Shown here: positions 46,228 to 56,576 of the stretch, in pieces | How the letters are laid out: each line of letters starts with the position of its first letter | Numbering within the stretch: position 1 is the first letter of the stretch | Virus record (IMG/VR): IMGVR_UViG_3300036770_002165 | Location: 31,598-95,597 of that record | Reading direction: 5' to 3' (one strand) | Source of the DNA: a virus | Length of the DNA stretch: 64,000 nucleotides | The notes under the pieces: generated by a model | Seen by the model: the letters and a program-made list of their open reading frames with translations, nothing else | Database searches by the model: none | Told to the model about the DNA's origin: nothing | Translations under genes and position numbers: made by a program

Positions 46228-47658
46228 CTACACCGAAATTCCACCAACGGTGGTAAACGAGACTGCGCCCTTTCTTATTAGCTCAACGTTAGATGGTGCC
46301 GTACCAGTGACTGTTATTGTTGCGTAGTCAACACCTTCAGTTGAATGTATTGTGCGGTACACATCACCAATACGAATGTCTTTTCCAAATTCGATGTTCT
46401 CTATCGAGAATAGCGCGTCAATTTCGCTCTCAACCACACGTTTAACCGCAGCTGCTTCGTACCCATTTGTAATATAAATAGTACCCTCAATTGACTTAGG
46501 TCTAACTGTCACACTTGCCGGAGCATCAACTGTTACACCCAACATTGACAGCTGCTGAAGCGTGCCTTCCACTATAGCTACGGTCACTGGGTCAACGGCA
46601 ATGGTGTTACTTGAGTATGTAACGTAGTCGGCAATGTATGGGATTGTGTAAATAGAAACAGTGGCAGTAGCTGGGTTATACGCAGCCACTGATTTGTATA
46701 CCCCTTCAAGCTGGAGCGATAAGTCAACATAATCTTGAAGAGTTACAGCTCGCGACTGGGTCTGGATTGCCGCCTTGATAGACCTTTTTATTGATTCAAG
46801 GCTTTCCCCGTCACTACCGCCAATACCTGGTGTTGACCCAGTTACTGCTACGCCGTCGAAGGTGTTGAACTTAAACCCAAGAATTGCGTTTTGCGCAATG
46901 TTAGCTGCCTGACCATTTGTAGTGTTATACGAAACTGTAATGCGCACCCCGACAGGCGGAACACGTCCACTAACGCGGTTACCAAATCGCACTGACGTAA
47001 ATCCTTCAGTAGTGGTGTACACGGAGAAACCACTCACATTTGTTGGAAGCGCGTTTACGTTTTGAACACGAGTCCACTCGGTCGGGTTCTCGCCGTCTTC
47101 GTAAACAAACACCCGTACAGATGATGGAATTACCTGGGAGTTAGATATTGTGTAGGACTGACCTACCTGGCCAGTGGCGCTGTTGGTCAGAGTTTCTTCT
47201 GGGTACTGCACACCTTCGAATACCTGAATGGACCCAGTCTGACCGGCGTCAACAGTAACGTTGGATGTGGAGTAGAACTCATAGTTCGCATCCGAACCCT
47301 CACCAATAAACAGTGTTCCTGCCGGTATGACCACCGATGATGATGATGAGTTACCCACATAAACGGTAACGCGGGCTGGCGTTCTCGTTCGTGGTGTGTA
47401 GTCAAACAGGTTGGCAAGAGCAAGGATGCTTTCTTTTTGAGTGGCAGTATCTAAAAATGCTTCGCCAGCGGCTCGGTCTACATAGTAATGTAGTATGTCT
47501 CCCATATATGCCCACAGATCGACCAACAACATAGTGAAGTCCGAGGGATCACGGTCGGTCCAGTCGGGCAAAACGCGCTCAGCACGAGCAAGAAGATCTC
47601 GTCTTATGTTCTCATAATCGCGACTTGCGAAGTCGAACCCCGGGGTATTTAACGGCAT
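46228..47658 (-). CDS. baseplate J/gp6-like wedge
   Basis: SRDYENI...PDWTD...YYVDR...GGSDGES...RAVTLQDY. Confidence 0.9.
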   Translation of the reverse strand: MPLNTPGFDFASRDYENIRRDLLARAERVLPDWTDRDPSDFTMLLVDLWAYMGDILHYYVDRAAGEAFLDTATQKESILALANLFDYTPRTRTPARVTVYVGNSSSSSVVIPAGTLFIGEGSDANYEFYSTSNVTVDAGQTGSIQVFEGVQYPEETLTNSATGQVGQSYTISNSQVIPSSVRVFVYEDGENPTEWTRVQNVNALPTNVSGFSVYTTTEGFTSVRFGNRVSGRVPPVGVRITVSYNTTNGQAANIAQNAILGFKFNTFDGVAVTGSTPGIGGSDGESLESIKRSIKAAIQTQSRAVTLQDYVDLSLQLEGVYKSVAAYNPATATVSIYTIPYIADYVTYSSNTIAVDPVTVAIVEGTLQQLSMLGVTVDAPASVTVRPKSIEGTIYITNGYEAAAVKRVVESEIDALFSIENIEFGKDIRIGDVYRTIHSTEGVDYATITVTGTAPSNVELIRKGAVSFTTVGGISV

Positions 47659-47668
47659 CTTTGATCTC

Positions 47669-48079
47669 CTAAATCAAGCTGTCTTCGGTTAGCTCCGATG
47701 GCACGGCAACGCTAAATCTTACCACCTGCGGAGAACCTAGTGGTAATCTATAAATTACTGTTATTCCAAGTGTTGTTTCTGGATTGCCGTATGAAGCAAT
47801 TGTGTTTGTTGGAGATACCCTTATGTCAAGTATACTAACTCTACTGATTGCGTCGGCAGCATCTTGCCGAGCGTCAATTATAAAGTCAGCTAACGACAAA
47901 CTGTCTAGCTGATCGAACAGTAGTCTCCGGATATCCGATCCATAACGATGCCGCATTACGCGCTCAAATTTACCGGTAGTAAGAACGTCAACAATCTTTT
48001 GCTCAGCAATAGTTGTAACTGATGATGTTGTTTGAGTTTTACCACCAACAAAATTAAATGGAATTTTTAAAGACTTCAT
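47669..48079 (-). CDS. gp25/GPW baseplate protein
   Basis: IPF...LTT..FERVM...YGS...LLF. Confidence 0.85.
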   Translation of the reverse strand: MKSLKIPFNFVGGKTQTTSSVTTIAEQKIVDVLTTGKFERVMRHRYGSDIRRLLFDQLDSLSLADFIIDARQDAADAISRVSILDIRVSPTNTIASYGNPETTLGITVIYRLPLGSPQVVRFSVAVPSELTEDSLI

Positions 48080-48081
48080 AG

Positions 48082-49047
48082 TTACACCTTAATTATGTAA
48101 TTTAAAACAATATATGGCTGAAGTATATTAAAGGCAGTTGGACTTGCGCTTCCGGCATTGCCGGTGTCACCAGATGCCTGTCCTGTTGTAACGCTTGTGG
48201 TTGGAATAGAAACAGTGTGATCGTGCGAATCGTTTGAAATAGAATGTGTATGACTACCACCACTTATACTCACTGACGACCAGTTACCAACGTTGCCTGA
48301 TACTGTTCCTCCACCGGTAAGGTTATCCCCCCAAAAGTTTCTTGAGACAGTGTGACCATGCGAACCACTGCTGCTGATATCACCATGGTCGTGTGTGTAT
48401 GAGGTAGTGCTACCGCTGTGTCCGTGGTTAGCTGAGTGTGTGTGACTGTTTAATGAATGACTGTGTTGCGGGAGGTTTGTTAAAGCAAGTGCTATTGACT
48501 TACCCCCATCTGTAAAGCCAATGGCGTTGAATTCGGTTTGTGTAACATCAAGCCCAACCGGTACTTTGCCCTTTAAATTTGGAAGGCGAAATTGTCCGAC
48601 AGGCTCACCGCCAATAGCGTACACGTCTCCAATGGCTGTGTACAAAGCAGAATATAAAGTTTTAGAAACAGTCCCCCCCTGACATAGCAGCCACCCGGTT
48701 GGTGCCGCACTTCCTCCAAACTGCATTATTGCGCCGGATGGGACGGACTGTTCCTCTTCGGGAGGTGGCTCCTCTCCACCACCCCCGCCACCTTCAGCAG
48801 CTTGGATAACCGCCAGATTAGGGTAGACCATATACACATTAGAGAAACGGTCGTCTTCAATGGCCACTACTACTTGGCTACCAAGTAGGGGCACTTCCCA
48901 AGTACCATTTACAGCAGCTCGACCAATCTTTGAAATGGGCAATACCTCTGTTGGGCCAAGAATCGCCGGTATGCGCACTCGGATATCTCCGGTTGTTGCG
49001 GAGGCATACGAAACCACGGCTCGATATAAGTTCATTCCATCATACAT
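48082..49047 (-). CDS. gp5-like OB fold fused to tail-collar domain and HxH fibre
   Basis: IRVRIP...P..GSQVVV..E; PSGAIM.FGG..APTGWLLCQG; HxH repeats; NILQPY..LNYIIK. Confidence 0.75.
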   Translation of the reverse strand: MYDGMNLYRAVVSYASATTGDIRVRIPAILGPTEVLPISKIGRAAVNGTWEVPLLGSQVVVAIEDDRFSNVYMVYPNLAVIQAAEGGGGGGEEPPPEEEQSVPSGAIMQFGGSAAPTGWLLCQGGTVSKTLYSALYTAIGDVYAIGGEPVGQFRLPNLKGKVPVGLDVTQTEFNAIGFTDGGKSIALALTNLPQHSHSLNSHTHSANHGHSGSTTSYTHDHGDISSSGSHGHTVSRNFWGDNLTGGGTVSGNVGNWSSVSISGGSHTHSISNDSHDHTVSIPTTSVTTGQASGDTGNAGSASPTAFNILQPYIVLNYIIKV

Positions 49048-50206
49048 ATAGTTCCACCGTTTGTTTAGACGCAACCCACCCATTATCCACGTAATTTGCT
49101 TCTGGAGCAAGCCCTTCAAGGGTTACTGGCGGTACCAAGAATTCTCCAGATGTGTTGTAATCCCGTGAGATCATCAGCTCGGTACCATACGTGGAACCAC
49201 CGACGCTATGCTTAACATCACGCACGTACCACAGACCTTCAAAGTTTGCCTCGTATCCATCTACAGAAACTATTCCTCCGGGCACAATCCCTGCACCAGC
49301 AGAGATCTGCACATGTGCATTAAAGGCAAAGTTCTTTTTGCGCTCTGCTTCAATCAGCTTTTGACCTTCACCAATTGACATGGCAGAATCAACAAGAGTG
49401 CTGATGTACTGGGGGGTTTCACCATACCCAGACCATGATGGTACAGGCCCATTCTCCGGATCAGACACGATTGTTATACTTCCGTTATCGTCAATAGACG
49501 ACACACGGTACTTGTATGACTCGCCATCAGGAGTTAGGTACCCAAATGTACCAGTTAGTTTTAGTATGGCGCCAGGTGTAGGACCAGCATAGGTGTTTTG
49601 TGGCACCAGTCTTTCGAAAGACGCACGACGACCTATTGCTTTAAACGGATCCCATATCCGCATGTGTGTTCCATGAACGGTCATTGAGTAACCGTAGGTT
49701 TCACATAAGCGCACCAGGAATTCCCAGTCAGACTCGTTTGCTTGAACAGCATTCCGAATAATGAACTCATCCTTAATTACCGACAGGCTGAACTTATATC
49801 TAGCAGCTATTTCTTGAGCAATTTTATAAATAGTAGTAGCGCCCCAAACTCTACTCCTAGTGCTTTTCATTGACACAGAAGCACCAAAACATATTACTCT
49901 TGCAGAGTAAAACATAGATTGGTTAACTATCGGCGCTGATGAGTTGTACTCGGGCTCTACATAGAGTACGTACCCAACAAATTCTTGGTACCTACCAGGA
50001 CCAGAATTTAGTGTGAACCTAACTGGTGCGCCCACGTAGTCAGTTATAGCCTTTGATGGTATCCCATTTAAGTGAATAGTTAGTATGTCATGCTTATTAA
50101 TACACAGGTCTAAGTCAATGTTACTTACTGAAAAGTAGTTAACTTCAACACCACCTATTTCCAGATACGTTTTTGGAGATAGCGGTGACCCACTGTGAAC
50201 AATCAT
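49040..50206 (-). CDS. baseplate hub (gpD/gp27-like)
   Basis: Q..ESDWEFL.RL....GY; G.WYV..VKH. Confidence 0.85.
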   Translation of the reverse strand: MIVHSGSPLSPKTYLEIGGVEVNYFSVSNIDLDLCINKHDILTIHLNGIPSKAITDYVGAPVRFTLNSGPGRYQEFVGYVLYVEPEYNSSAPIVNQSMFYSARVICFGASVSMKSTRSRVWGATTIYKIAQEIAARYKFSLSVIKDEFIIRNAVQANESDWEFLVRLCETYGYSMTVHGTHMRIWDPFKAIGRRASFERLVPQNTYAGPTPGAILKLTGTFGYLTPDGESYKYRVSSIDDNGSITIVSDPENGPVPSWSGYGETPQYISTLVDSAMSIGEGQKLIEAERKKNFAFNAHVQISAGAGIVPGGIVSVDGYEANFEGLWYVRDVKHSVGGSTYGTELMISRDYNTSGEFLVPPVTLEGLAPEANYVDNGWVASKQTVELYV

Positions 50207-50445
50207 GAGGGTATGCGGATTACGGTTCCGGTTGGGATGGAGTCAGGCCATTCAACCTGCGGATTGATATCTGCTATTTCCCAGTAGCGGGTTGGGTCGT
50301 TAAGTACGCGTGCTGCTATACGTGAAAAAGTATCCTTGTCACGTGTCACATACTGGTAGTAGGTAACTGATTCATACGGGACTCTATCGGCAAGACGCCC
50401 ACCGTTAGACAACCTGTAGCGACTGGATGTTCTATAGATAGCCAT
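50203..50445 (-). CDS. LysM/gpX-like baseplate protein
   Basis: DT...IA....DP.RYWEIADINP....IP.G..IRIP. Confidence 0.85.
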   Translation of the reverse strand: MAIYRTSSRYRLSNGGRLADRVPYESVTYYQYVTRDKDTFSRIAARVLNDPTRYWEIADINPQVEWPDSIPTGTVIRIPS

Positions 50446-50451
50446 AATAAG

Positions 50452-52332
50452 TCACCTTATATTTGGGTTAACATTTGGGTTGTCGCTTACATCAGCGCCG
50501 TTACTTTCCCAATTTAAAATCATTAGTTTTCTAAAGTTACTAGTGCCACTAAGAACGTCTGAATATGTTTTCTTAATAGATACCTCGTCTGAGGACGACC
50601 CATAAGATACTGATATATCAAAATCAAAGTCCACTATGTAGTACGCGTTTTTAAGCCACGAAAAGCTACCACTTTCAACATCAGCGTAGCTACCGATATT
50701 TTTGTGTATAGCAATTGATGAAATTGCCTCGTTGGGCAATCCTGAGTTACTTGCTCCTCCACGAATTGACCTTCTGCGCACCCGCTCAGCCGCAGCCCCG
50801 GAACCGCTAGTCCCACTTCCCCAACCATCTTTAGAGGTGCATGATTCAGTACCGGAGTACGTGCCTATGAGCCTGGTTGTGTTGGAACTTGTGTAAGATT
50901 TATTAGCCAATAAGGCGTCTGCTTCCGCCTTAGTTAATCCAGGACTGGTTATCTTGCCGTATACGTTTATACTCCAGGTATAAGAAACCGTAAATGTTGA
51001 GCCCTCCTCGTACAGCCGGAGTATTGAATCAACGTCAGCTCCGCGCCTTACTATCGTTCCGTCTGGAAGAGTCTCATCAAACCCACCTTCTTTTGGAACA
51101 ACATTAGGAAATCCTAAGAACAACGCTCTTCCTGATATATTATTTTTACTTGCAACGTTGTCAGCAACAACTAACGTCCAAACTGGCAACTTGTTTTCCG
51201 CTTCTCTAGCGCTGTCATCCCATGATGTTGTCCCCTTCTCATCCCACGCCGAAGAAATCACGAACTTTTTTGCTGTTATCTGCAGGGCTTTAACTATCTC
51301 TGCACGAGTCGCTTCATTTTGCTCACGTTCTTGACGTATTGATTCTGCTGCGTCCTTAAAGGTCTTGGTGAGGAACGTATCTTGGCGAGCAAATCCGATG
51401 TACATAGCACTCATGTTCATCGTTACACGGCACATAAGCGGTACCATTTTTGTATTAAACTTAAGAAAATCAACATTAGTCCCCGTTATGAACCCGTCAA
51501 GCATAAACAGGCTAGAGAACATAACGCGAACTGGGTTTGGCATGAGCAACCCCCAGTTACCATAATTTGCTTCTAGAATGTCGTTTAAAGCAGCATCGTC
51601 GACTTCACCAAGCGTACTTGACGTAGTAGAACTAGACGTTTCAGTACCCTCCGTGGTTGCCCCGTCTTCAGTTGATGTTTCTGCGTCTATTTGATTTCCC
51701 AGTATGCGCTCAGCCCCGGACACCAGAGTCTTTTTTTGAAACTCAAGCATTTCTCTAGAAAACCCTTGGCCTATTACTGAGTACAATATTCGTAGATCTG
51801 CCATTACCCCTATGTCATAAGCATCTTTATCTGGGTTGGGGTTTAGTGGATCTACGTTCTCCTCTGAGGACTGGCTGTAATCAAGCCAACTTTCACCAGT
51901 TTTCCTACCCTTAGATAGTTCATGAGATCTGTCAAACAAAAGATCAAAAGTAAAGTTAACAACCGCACCTATTGGCTGAGACAGCTGAGCAACATCCTGC
52001 AGCAATGGTAGATAAAGATCCTCTCGCATTGCTACGTTCTGTCGGATCTCTTGAGGGTTAAATTGAAAATTGCAACGACTTATCGGGACGTTACCAAACT
52101 GTGGTTGCTCCAGGTTGCGTATGTAACCTCTATGTATTTTATAGTCGCCGCGTGATATTGTGTCAGCAAAGGAATTGAACTTACGCTGCAGTTCCGATTG
52201 CGCATCAAGAAACCTGATGTTCTTATCTGGAAACATGAATGGCGGGTTTTCTTTGCCGCCACCTGATGGTTTTGCGCCACGCGTATCCTGCGCCCAGTCA
52301 ATGTTGAAGAATCCATCCTCACGATAACCCAT
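50452..52332 (-). CDS. tube initiator/baseplate protein with C-terminal extension
   Basis: FQFNPQEI...FDLLFDR...GFIT...F...MVP. Confidence 0.7.
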   Translation of the reverse strand: MGYREDGFFNIDWAQDTRGAKPSGGGKENPPFMFPDKNIRFLDAQSELQRKFNSFADTISRGDYKIHRGYIRNLEQPQFGNVPISRCNFQFNPQEIRQNVAMREDLYLPLLQDVAQLSQPIGAVVNFTFDLLFDRSHELSKGRKTGESWLDYSQSSEENVDPLNPNPDKDAYDIGVMADLRILYSVIGQGFSREMLEFQKKTLVSGAERILGNQIDAETSTEDGATTEGTETSSSTTSSTLGEVDDAALNDILEANYGNWGLLMPNPVRVMFSSLFMLDGFITGTNVDFLKFNTKMVPLMCRVTMNMSAMYIGFARQDTFLTKTFKDAAESIRQEREQNEATRAEIVKALQITAKKFVISSAWDEKGTTSWDDSAREAENKLPVWTLVVADNVASKNNISGRALFLGFPNVVPKEGGFDETLPDGTIVRRGADVDSILRLYEEGSTFTVSYTWSINVYGKITSPGLTKAEADALLANKSYTSSNTTRLIGTYSGTESCTSKDGWGSGTSGSGAAAERVRRRSIRGGASNSGLPNEAISSIAIHKNIGSYADVESGSFSWLKNAYYIVDFDFDISVSYGSSSDEVSIKKTYSDVLSGTSNFRKLMILNWESNGADVSDNPNVNPNIR

Positions 52333-54998
52333 TAACTTCTCCTCAATGCCTGTAGCTCGATTTCTTTACGAATAAGAGCAGCAACTTCTTTAGCAATTTT
52401 TTGTAAATCTTGTGATGACCCATTGCCTGACATGACAATATTTGGGCTGATGTTAAATGTTGGTCCACCAGTAAGTGACACCGCTGCAGTTCCCCCACCA
52501 CCAGACATCTGTGCGAGTTGAGGTGGTCCAGCCGGGTCACCACCACTTAAAGAGGTTGGCACTCCGCGTCCCTCCAGCACTCCGCGCGCGGCGTAGTCTG
52601 GGGCCCATCCCTTAACCATCTTTTCAATTGCCGTGATGATGTCATAAGGGTTATTCGTGTTTGACTGAAGCGCTTTAATAACCCCTTTACCATGTTTCAT
52701 AATATGGTAAGCATTCATCTTTAAACCCTGCTGGTAGTTAGCAAAGTCCTTTACGCCAGTCGTATTAAAATCAGTCCAACCATCGAGGTTTGTTGTACCC
52801 CCCATTGCCTCAGCCGTTGGCTTGCTGACAACAGCCAATGGGTTGAACCTGGCCTTAGTACCCTCTGCTGCAATCCAAGCAGATATGGCTTCCATATTTG
52901 CCAAGTTGATAGGAGCGCCTACTTCACGCAGGAAATCTTGCGCCCAGCGGGTAATGTCAACGCCAGATTTTGCGGTCCCTCCACCCCTGAAGTCCCCGAA
53001 TGTGACGTACGTTCCTGCGGAGCTCTTTACCTTACCGTAGGCTTTCTTACTATTACCACCGCGCACCCCCCCAACACCGGAACCGGAACCAACGCTTATC
53101 GACCGTTCAACTCGGTCAGCGATTGTGACGTTACCGTAGCCGCGTTGTGGTTGAGCTTGTGATTCACCCCCACCGTAGTGATCAAGGCTGTCGCCAAAGT
53201 CCGAGTCAGCGGTATACGGCGCAGCGCCAACCCCACCCCTACCCCAGGGAGCACCTGACTCCTCGTACTTTGACCGTGAGTTAGGTAGCTCTTCTGGCTG
53301 TACATGCCACGGTTCGTTGTTGACACCCCCGAAGTGTTTTAGACCGTACTTATGGGCGTTCTTAACAACCCAATCAAAGTCACCAGTAAGGTCTACGGCC
53401 AAGCCAATTTCATGCATTGAGCGCCCAGGTGGAGCTGCGGGGTTCCCGCTTACATGCTCCCAGTAAGAGCCGTCCCAATAAACGTTTGGCTTACCGTTGG
53501 TGGTTTGTTTATCAGTCTTTTTGTAACGGCTTGTAAACATTGTTCTTTGAGAGGCAGCACTTCGAACACCTTCACCGAACCCAACATTTGGGTTGTCCGC
53601 CATCATGCGCATTACTCTGTCGCGCATCTTTGGGTGCAACTGCTTGAAGCTACTGTTGTTAAGAGCCGACTTAACATTTGGGGTTGAAGCGCTTACCCCG
53701 GCTGTGTTGCCGTCAGGGTCACCACCACCCCCGGTTACGCCCTGGAATATCGTAGTAGCAATACGGTTGCTTCCAACCATTCCGAGGATGCCAGACAACT
53801 TATCTTCCAGAGCCCCGAAGGCCCTGGTAAGAGTTTGGGTTTGACGCTCTAGATGGGCGTAGTTGTCTACTTGGCGACGGTAGAATTGCTCGTCCCTAGA
53901 TGTTTCAAGACGCTGGGTCTCTTCAACTTGCGTAGCAAAGTTTTCCTCGATACCCATAAGGCGGCGGGCCCCCTCCTGGGAGGGGTCATACATCCCCTTA
54001 CCACCCTTTTCTTTATACGTAAGGTTTGATTGGGCGTATTGAATGACCTGGGTGATCATATCCGAGGGAACACCCATAGCGGTTAGCTTTGCCCGGGTAA
54101 CTGATCCTGGCTGAAGTGCGCTCTTCAATGTGTCCTTATCTGTAAGGCCAGCAGAACGAACTATGTTTTGCATCACACTCATCATTGAATTCTGGGTTCC
54201 CCCAGGCCCAATGAGGCCAGTTCCAGTCATCATGAACAACCGGTTCGCAGTTGGGGCGCTAGCCAGGCTGGCCATCATTCCGGTGACATCACCCGTGCTC
54301 AGTTGGTAACCACTGAGGGTTCGCATCGCCTCAACGCTAGAAGCCTGCTGACGACCGCTAATTCCCGTCTGAGCTTCCATGGCCATTAGGTCGTTGATGC
54401 CCCCAGCTCCAAGACGGTACTGGGTCAGGGGCATACGGTAAGTCGAGCTAACCCCAAGCTGACTTTGGCCAGTCATCTGCTGGTACAGCACAGACATTCG
54501 GTCTGCTGCAAGTACCCCTTCACGACCTCGCTCAAATCTCGAATTAGCGGCGTCAATGCCCATGTTGATACCGCCAAGAATGGCTGTACCGGCAGCAGCC
54601 ATTCCGCCGCCCTTCATGAGACCACCAAGCATCTTGGTGCCCCCTCCGCTGGAGAGCCCTGATATCGCGTTGGATATTCCTCCACCGCCACCACCAGATC
54701 CAGCTGCCTTAGCTGCTGCGGTAGCTGCCTTGGCTGTTTCTATGCCAGTGATGACATTGGTTCCAGCTGATGTACCGCCGGTGTCCCCCCCGGTTCCGCC
54801 CATAGCAGCAGCTATATCAGCTTTTAGTTTCTTGCCTATCTTTTCAAACTCTTTAGAAATGTCCGCGAGTAGGGGCTTGATAGCTGTGCGTGCTTCGTCA
54901 ATAGACTTCTTGACGTTGGCACTACCCCCAAGGGCGTCCTTAAGTTGGTCAACACCAGTAAGGCCAAGGAATTGAGTTACATTAATTTCCTCTGCCAT
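52332..54998 (-). CDS. tape measure protein with M15 peptidase and lysozyme-like domains
   Basis: Ala/Gly-rich helical N-part; APPGRSMHEIGLAVD...EPWH; W..AEG...NPL. Confidence 0.85.
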   Translation of the reverse strand: MAEEINVTQFLGLTGVDQLKDALGGSANVKKSIDEARTAIKPLLADISKEFEKIGKKLKADIAAAMGGTGGDTGGTSAGTNVITGIETAKAATAAAKAAGSGGGGGGISNAISGLSSGGGTKMLGGLMKGGGMAAAGTAILGGINMGIDAANSRFERGREGVLAADRMSVLYQQMTGQSQLGVSSTYRMPLTQYRLGAGGINDLMAMEAQTGISGRQQASSVEAMRTLSGYQLSTGDVTGMMASLASAPTANRLFMMTGTGLIGPGGTQNSMMSVMQNIVRSAGLTDKDTLKSALQPGSVTRAKLTAMGVPSDMITQVIQYAQSNLTYKEKGGKGMYDPSQEGARRLMGIEENFATQVEETQRLETSRDEQFYRRQVDNYAHLERQTQTLTRAFGALEDKLSGILGMVGSNRIATTIFQGVTGGGGDPDGNTAGVSASTPNVKSALNNSSFKQLHPKMRDRVMRMMADNPNVGFGEGVRSAASQRTMFTSRYKKTDKQTTNGKPNVYWDGSYWEHVSGNPAAPPGRSMHEIGLAVDLTGDFDWVVKNAHKYGLKHFGGVNNEPWHVQPEELPNSRSKYEESGAPWGRGGVGAAPYTADSDFGDSLDHYGGGESQAQPQRGYGNVTIADRVERSISVGSGSGVGGVRGGNSKKAYGKVKSSAGTYVTFGDFRGGGTAKSGVDITRWAQDFLREVGAPINLANMEAISAWIAAEGTKARFNPLAVVSKPTAEAMGGTTNLDGWTDFNTTGVKDFANYQQGLKMNAYHIMKHGKGVIKALQSNTNNPYDIITAIEKMVKGWAPDYAARGVLEGRGVPTSLSGGDPAGPPQLAQMSGGGGTAAVSLTGGPTFNISPNIVMSGNGSSQDLQKIAKEVAALIRKEIELQALRRS

Positions 54999-55010
54999 AG
55001 GGCTCCTCCG

Positions 55011-55142
55011 TTACTGATTACGCCATTTTGCCATACGGAACCAGAAGTCCCTTTGGCGTACGGTCATAGACCGTAGGTCCGACATACTGAACCCTTTGTA
55101 AACGGAGGCTATTAGTTCGTATTCCCAATAAGTATACTTCAA
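55011..55142 (-). CDS. tail assembly chaperone C-terminal ORF (gp51-like, 43 aa, not in ORF track)
   Basis: LKYTYWEYE...GFSMSDLRSM.VRQR.FW between chaperone and tape measure genes. Confidence 0.65.
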   Translation of the reverse strand: MKYTYWEYELIASVYKGFSMSDLRSMTVRQRDFWFRMAKWRNQ

Positions 55143-55143
55143 A

Positions 55144-55941
55144 TTAACTAAGTAAAAGTGAGATCCAGTCGATCCTGATAATCAATTCCTGATCACAGTG
55201 AGCGCACGGGACCTTCACCTCCTCTAGCTTTGGGCCAGCCTTGACGTCAAGGATGGCTTTGACCATCTTATTGCGATCTGCAACGTTAAGGGACTTAGCC
55301 CACTTCTCAATGTTCTGCGGTTGCTCACCGTCTTCCCAGACTGAGCAACTAGCGATCATGAAGGTGTTTTGCTCAGACGATGTCTGGGACTTCTTGCCTA
55401 TTGCTGAGCTATCACCAGTGGTCGGAACTCGCAGCTTTGCCTTCTTACCGTTGCGTAGTTTAATCTCAATTGGAGATCGCAGATCAACGTTTGGCTCCTG
55501 GATGGGGAAGTCTTCATCCAAATCCATGACCACGTCGTTATCTTTGTCGCAATTTGGGCATGTGGCCTGGAATTCCTTGGTTGCACCGTATGTGGCGCGG
55601 ATGACTCCTAGAAATAGGATGTCTCGATCACCCATGGAAATGTTGTCAAGAACGCTGGGGTTATCGGCTACGGTAAGTTTTCCTACTCGAACAACAGTTC
55701 GCTTAAGAAGCGTCACCATGTAATCCGAGTAGCTGATCGTACCTTTGGCTTCGATCCCGGACATGTACTCTTCGTCCTCGCCGGTCATCTCCCTGACCTC
55801 TGCCTCGGTCTGCCATATACCGCTAACGGGGTCCATAAGACCCCGTTGCAGTGTGACTATAAGGCTTTCTGAAGGGCGGAGCTCTGGTACAGGATCTTTA
55901 ATGGCGTCATTCAACGCCGATGCATCAGATTGAATACTCAT
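55144..55941 (-). CDS. tail assembly chaperone (gp26-like)
   Basis: VREMTGEDEE; GDRD.L...IR.TYG; two CxxC; follows tube gene. Confidence 0.8.
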   Translation of the reverse strand: MSIQSDASALNDAIKDPVPELRPSESLIVTLQRGLMDPVSGIWQTEAEVREMTGEDEEYMSGIEAKGTISYSDYMVTLLKRTVVRVGKLTVADNPSVLDNISMGDRDILFLGVIRATYGATKEFQATCPNCDKDNDVVMDLDEDFPIQEPNVDLRSPIEIKLRNGKKAKLRVPTTGDSSAIGKKSQTSSEQNTFMIASCSVWEDGEQPQNIEKWAKSLNVADRNKMVKAILDVKAGPKLEEVKVPCAHCDQELIIRIDWISLLLS

Positions 55942-55965
55942 TTATTCTCCTAGTTATTTAATTGG

Positions 55966-56565
55966 TCAGCCACCAAGGCCAGCAAGTGAAGCCACTTCTT
56001 CTGGGCTCCAACCTACCACAAACCCCTCATGGTGAACAGTTAGCTGCTGAACAATAATGCCACTGTCACCAGCGTTAAGGTCACTCAACGAGTAGGCACC
56101 TGGCCAGCAGTTAAACAGCTTGAAGCCAAAGCGGGCGTTGCCCAGCTGCAGGTTGTTGCCCTCCACCGTTCCAGGGCTATTGTACGATCCAGCCGAGATT
56201 GGGTGGTCATACACCTTAACAAGGATGTCGCAGCGGTAGTCGTTGTCCTGGCTCGTTGAACCGCCTGACGCCTGGTTCCATGAGTGGAGGAACTGCTGCC
56301 ACTTGTACATCTGTGACTGGTTTTCGAACACACCGCGGCTAAAGGTGATGGGGGCAAAGTCGGACTGACCGATGAACTTATGCGGATGAGTATTCATTCC
56401 GCCCTCGCGGTATCCAACCATCTCGTTCTGTACAGATAAGCCAGACATGGCGGCAAAGCCAATGCGGGACAGATTCTGAGTCAGGTTACCAAGAGCGCCG
56501 TCAGCGTTGATAGTTACCTGGAATTTAAAGTTGCGAATTGGGTCGCTTTTAGCTGAACGTGCCAT
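55966..56565 (-). CDS. tail tube protein (gp19-like)
   Basis: DP.RNFKF...GF..SGL...YREGG...ITFSRG...NCWP. Confidence 0.92.
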   Translation of the reverse strand: MARSAKSDPIRNFKFQVTINADGALGNLTQNLSRIGFAAMSGLSVQNEMVGYREGGMNTHPHKFIGQSDFAPITFSRGVFENQSQMYKWQQFLHSWNQASGGSTSQDNDYRCDILVKVYDHPISAGSYNSPGTVEGNNLQLGNARFGFKLFNCWPGAYSLSDLNAGDSGIIVQQLTVHHEGFVVGWSPEEVASLAGLGG

Positions 56566-56576
56566 TTATAAACTCC

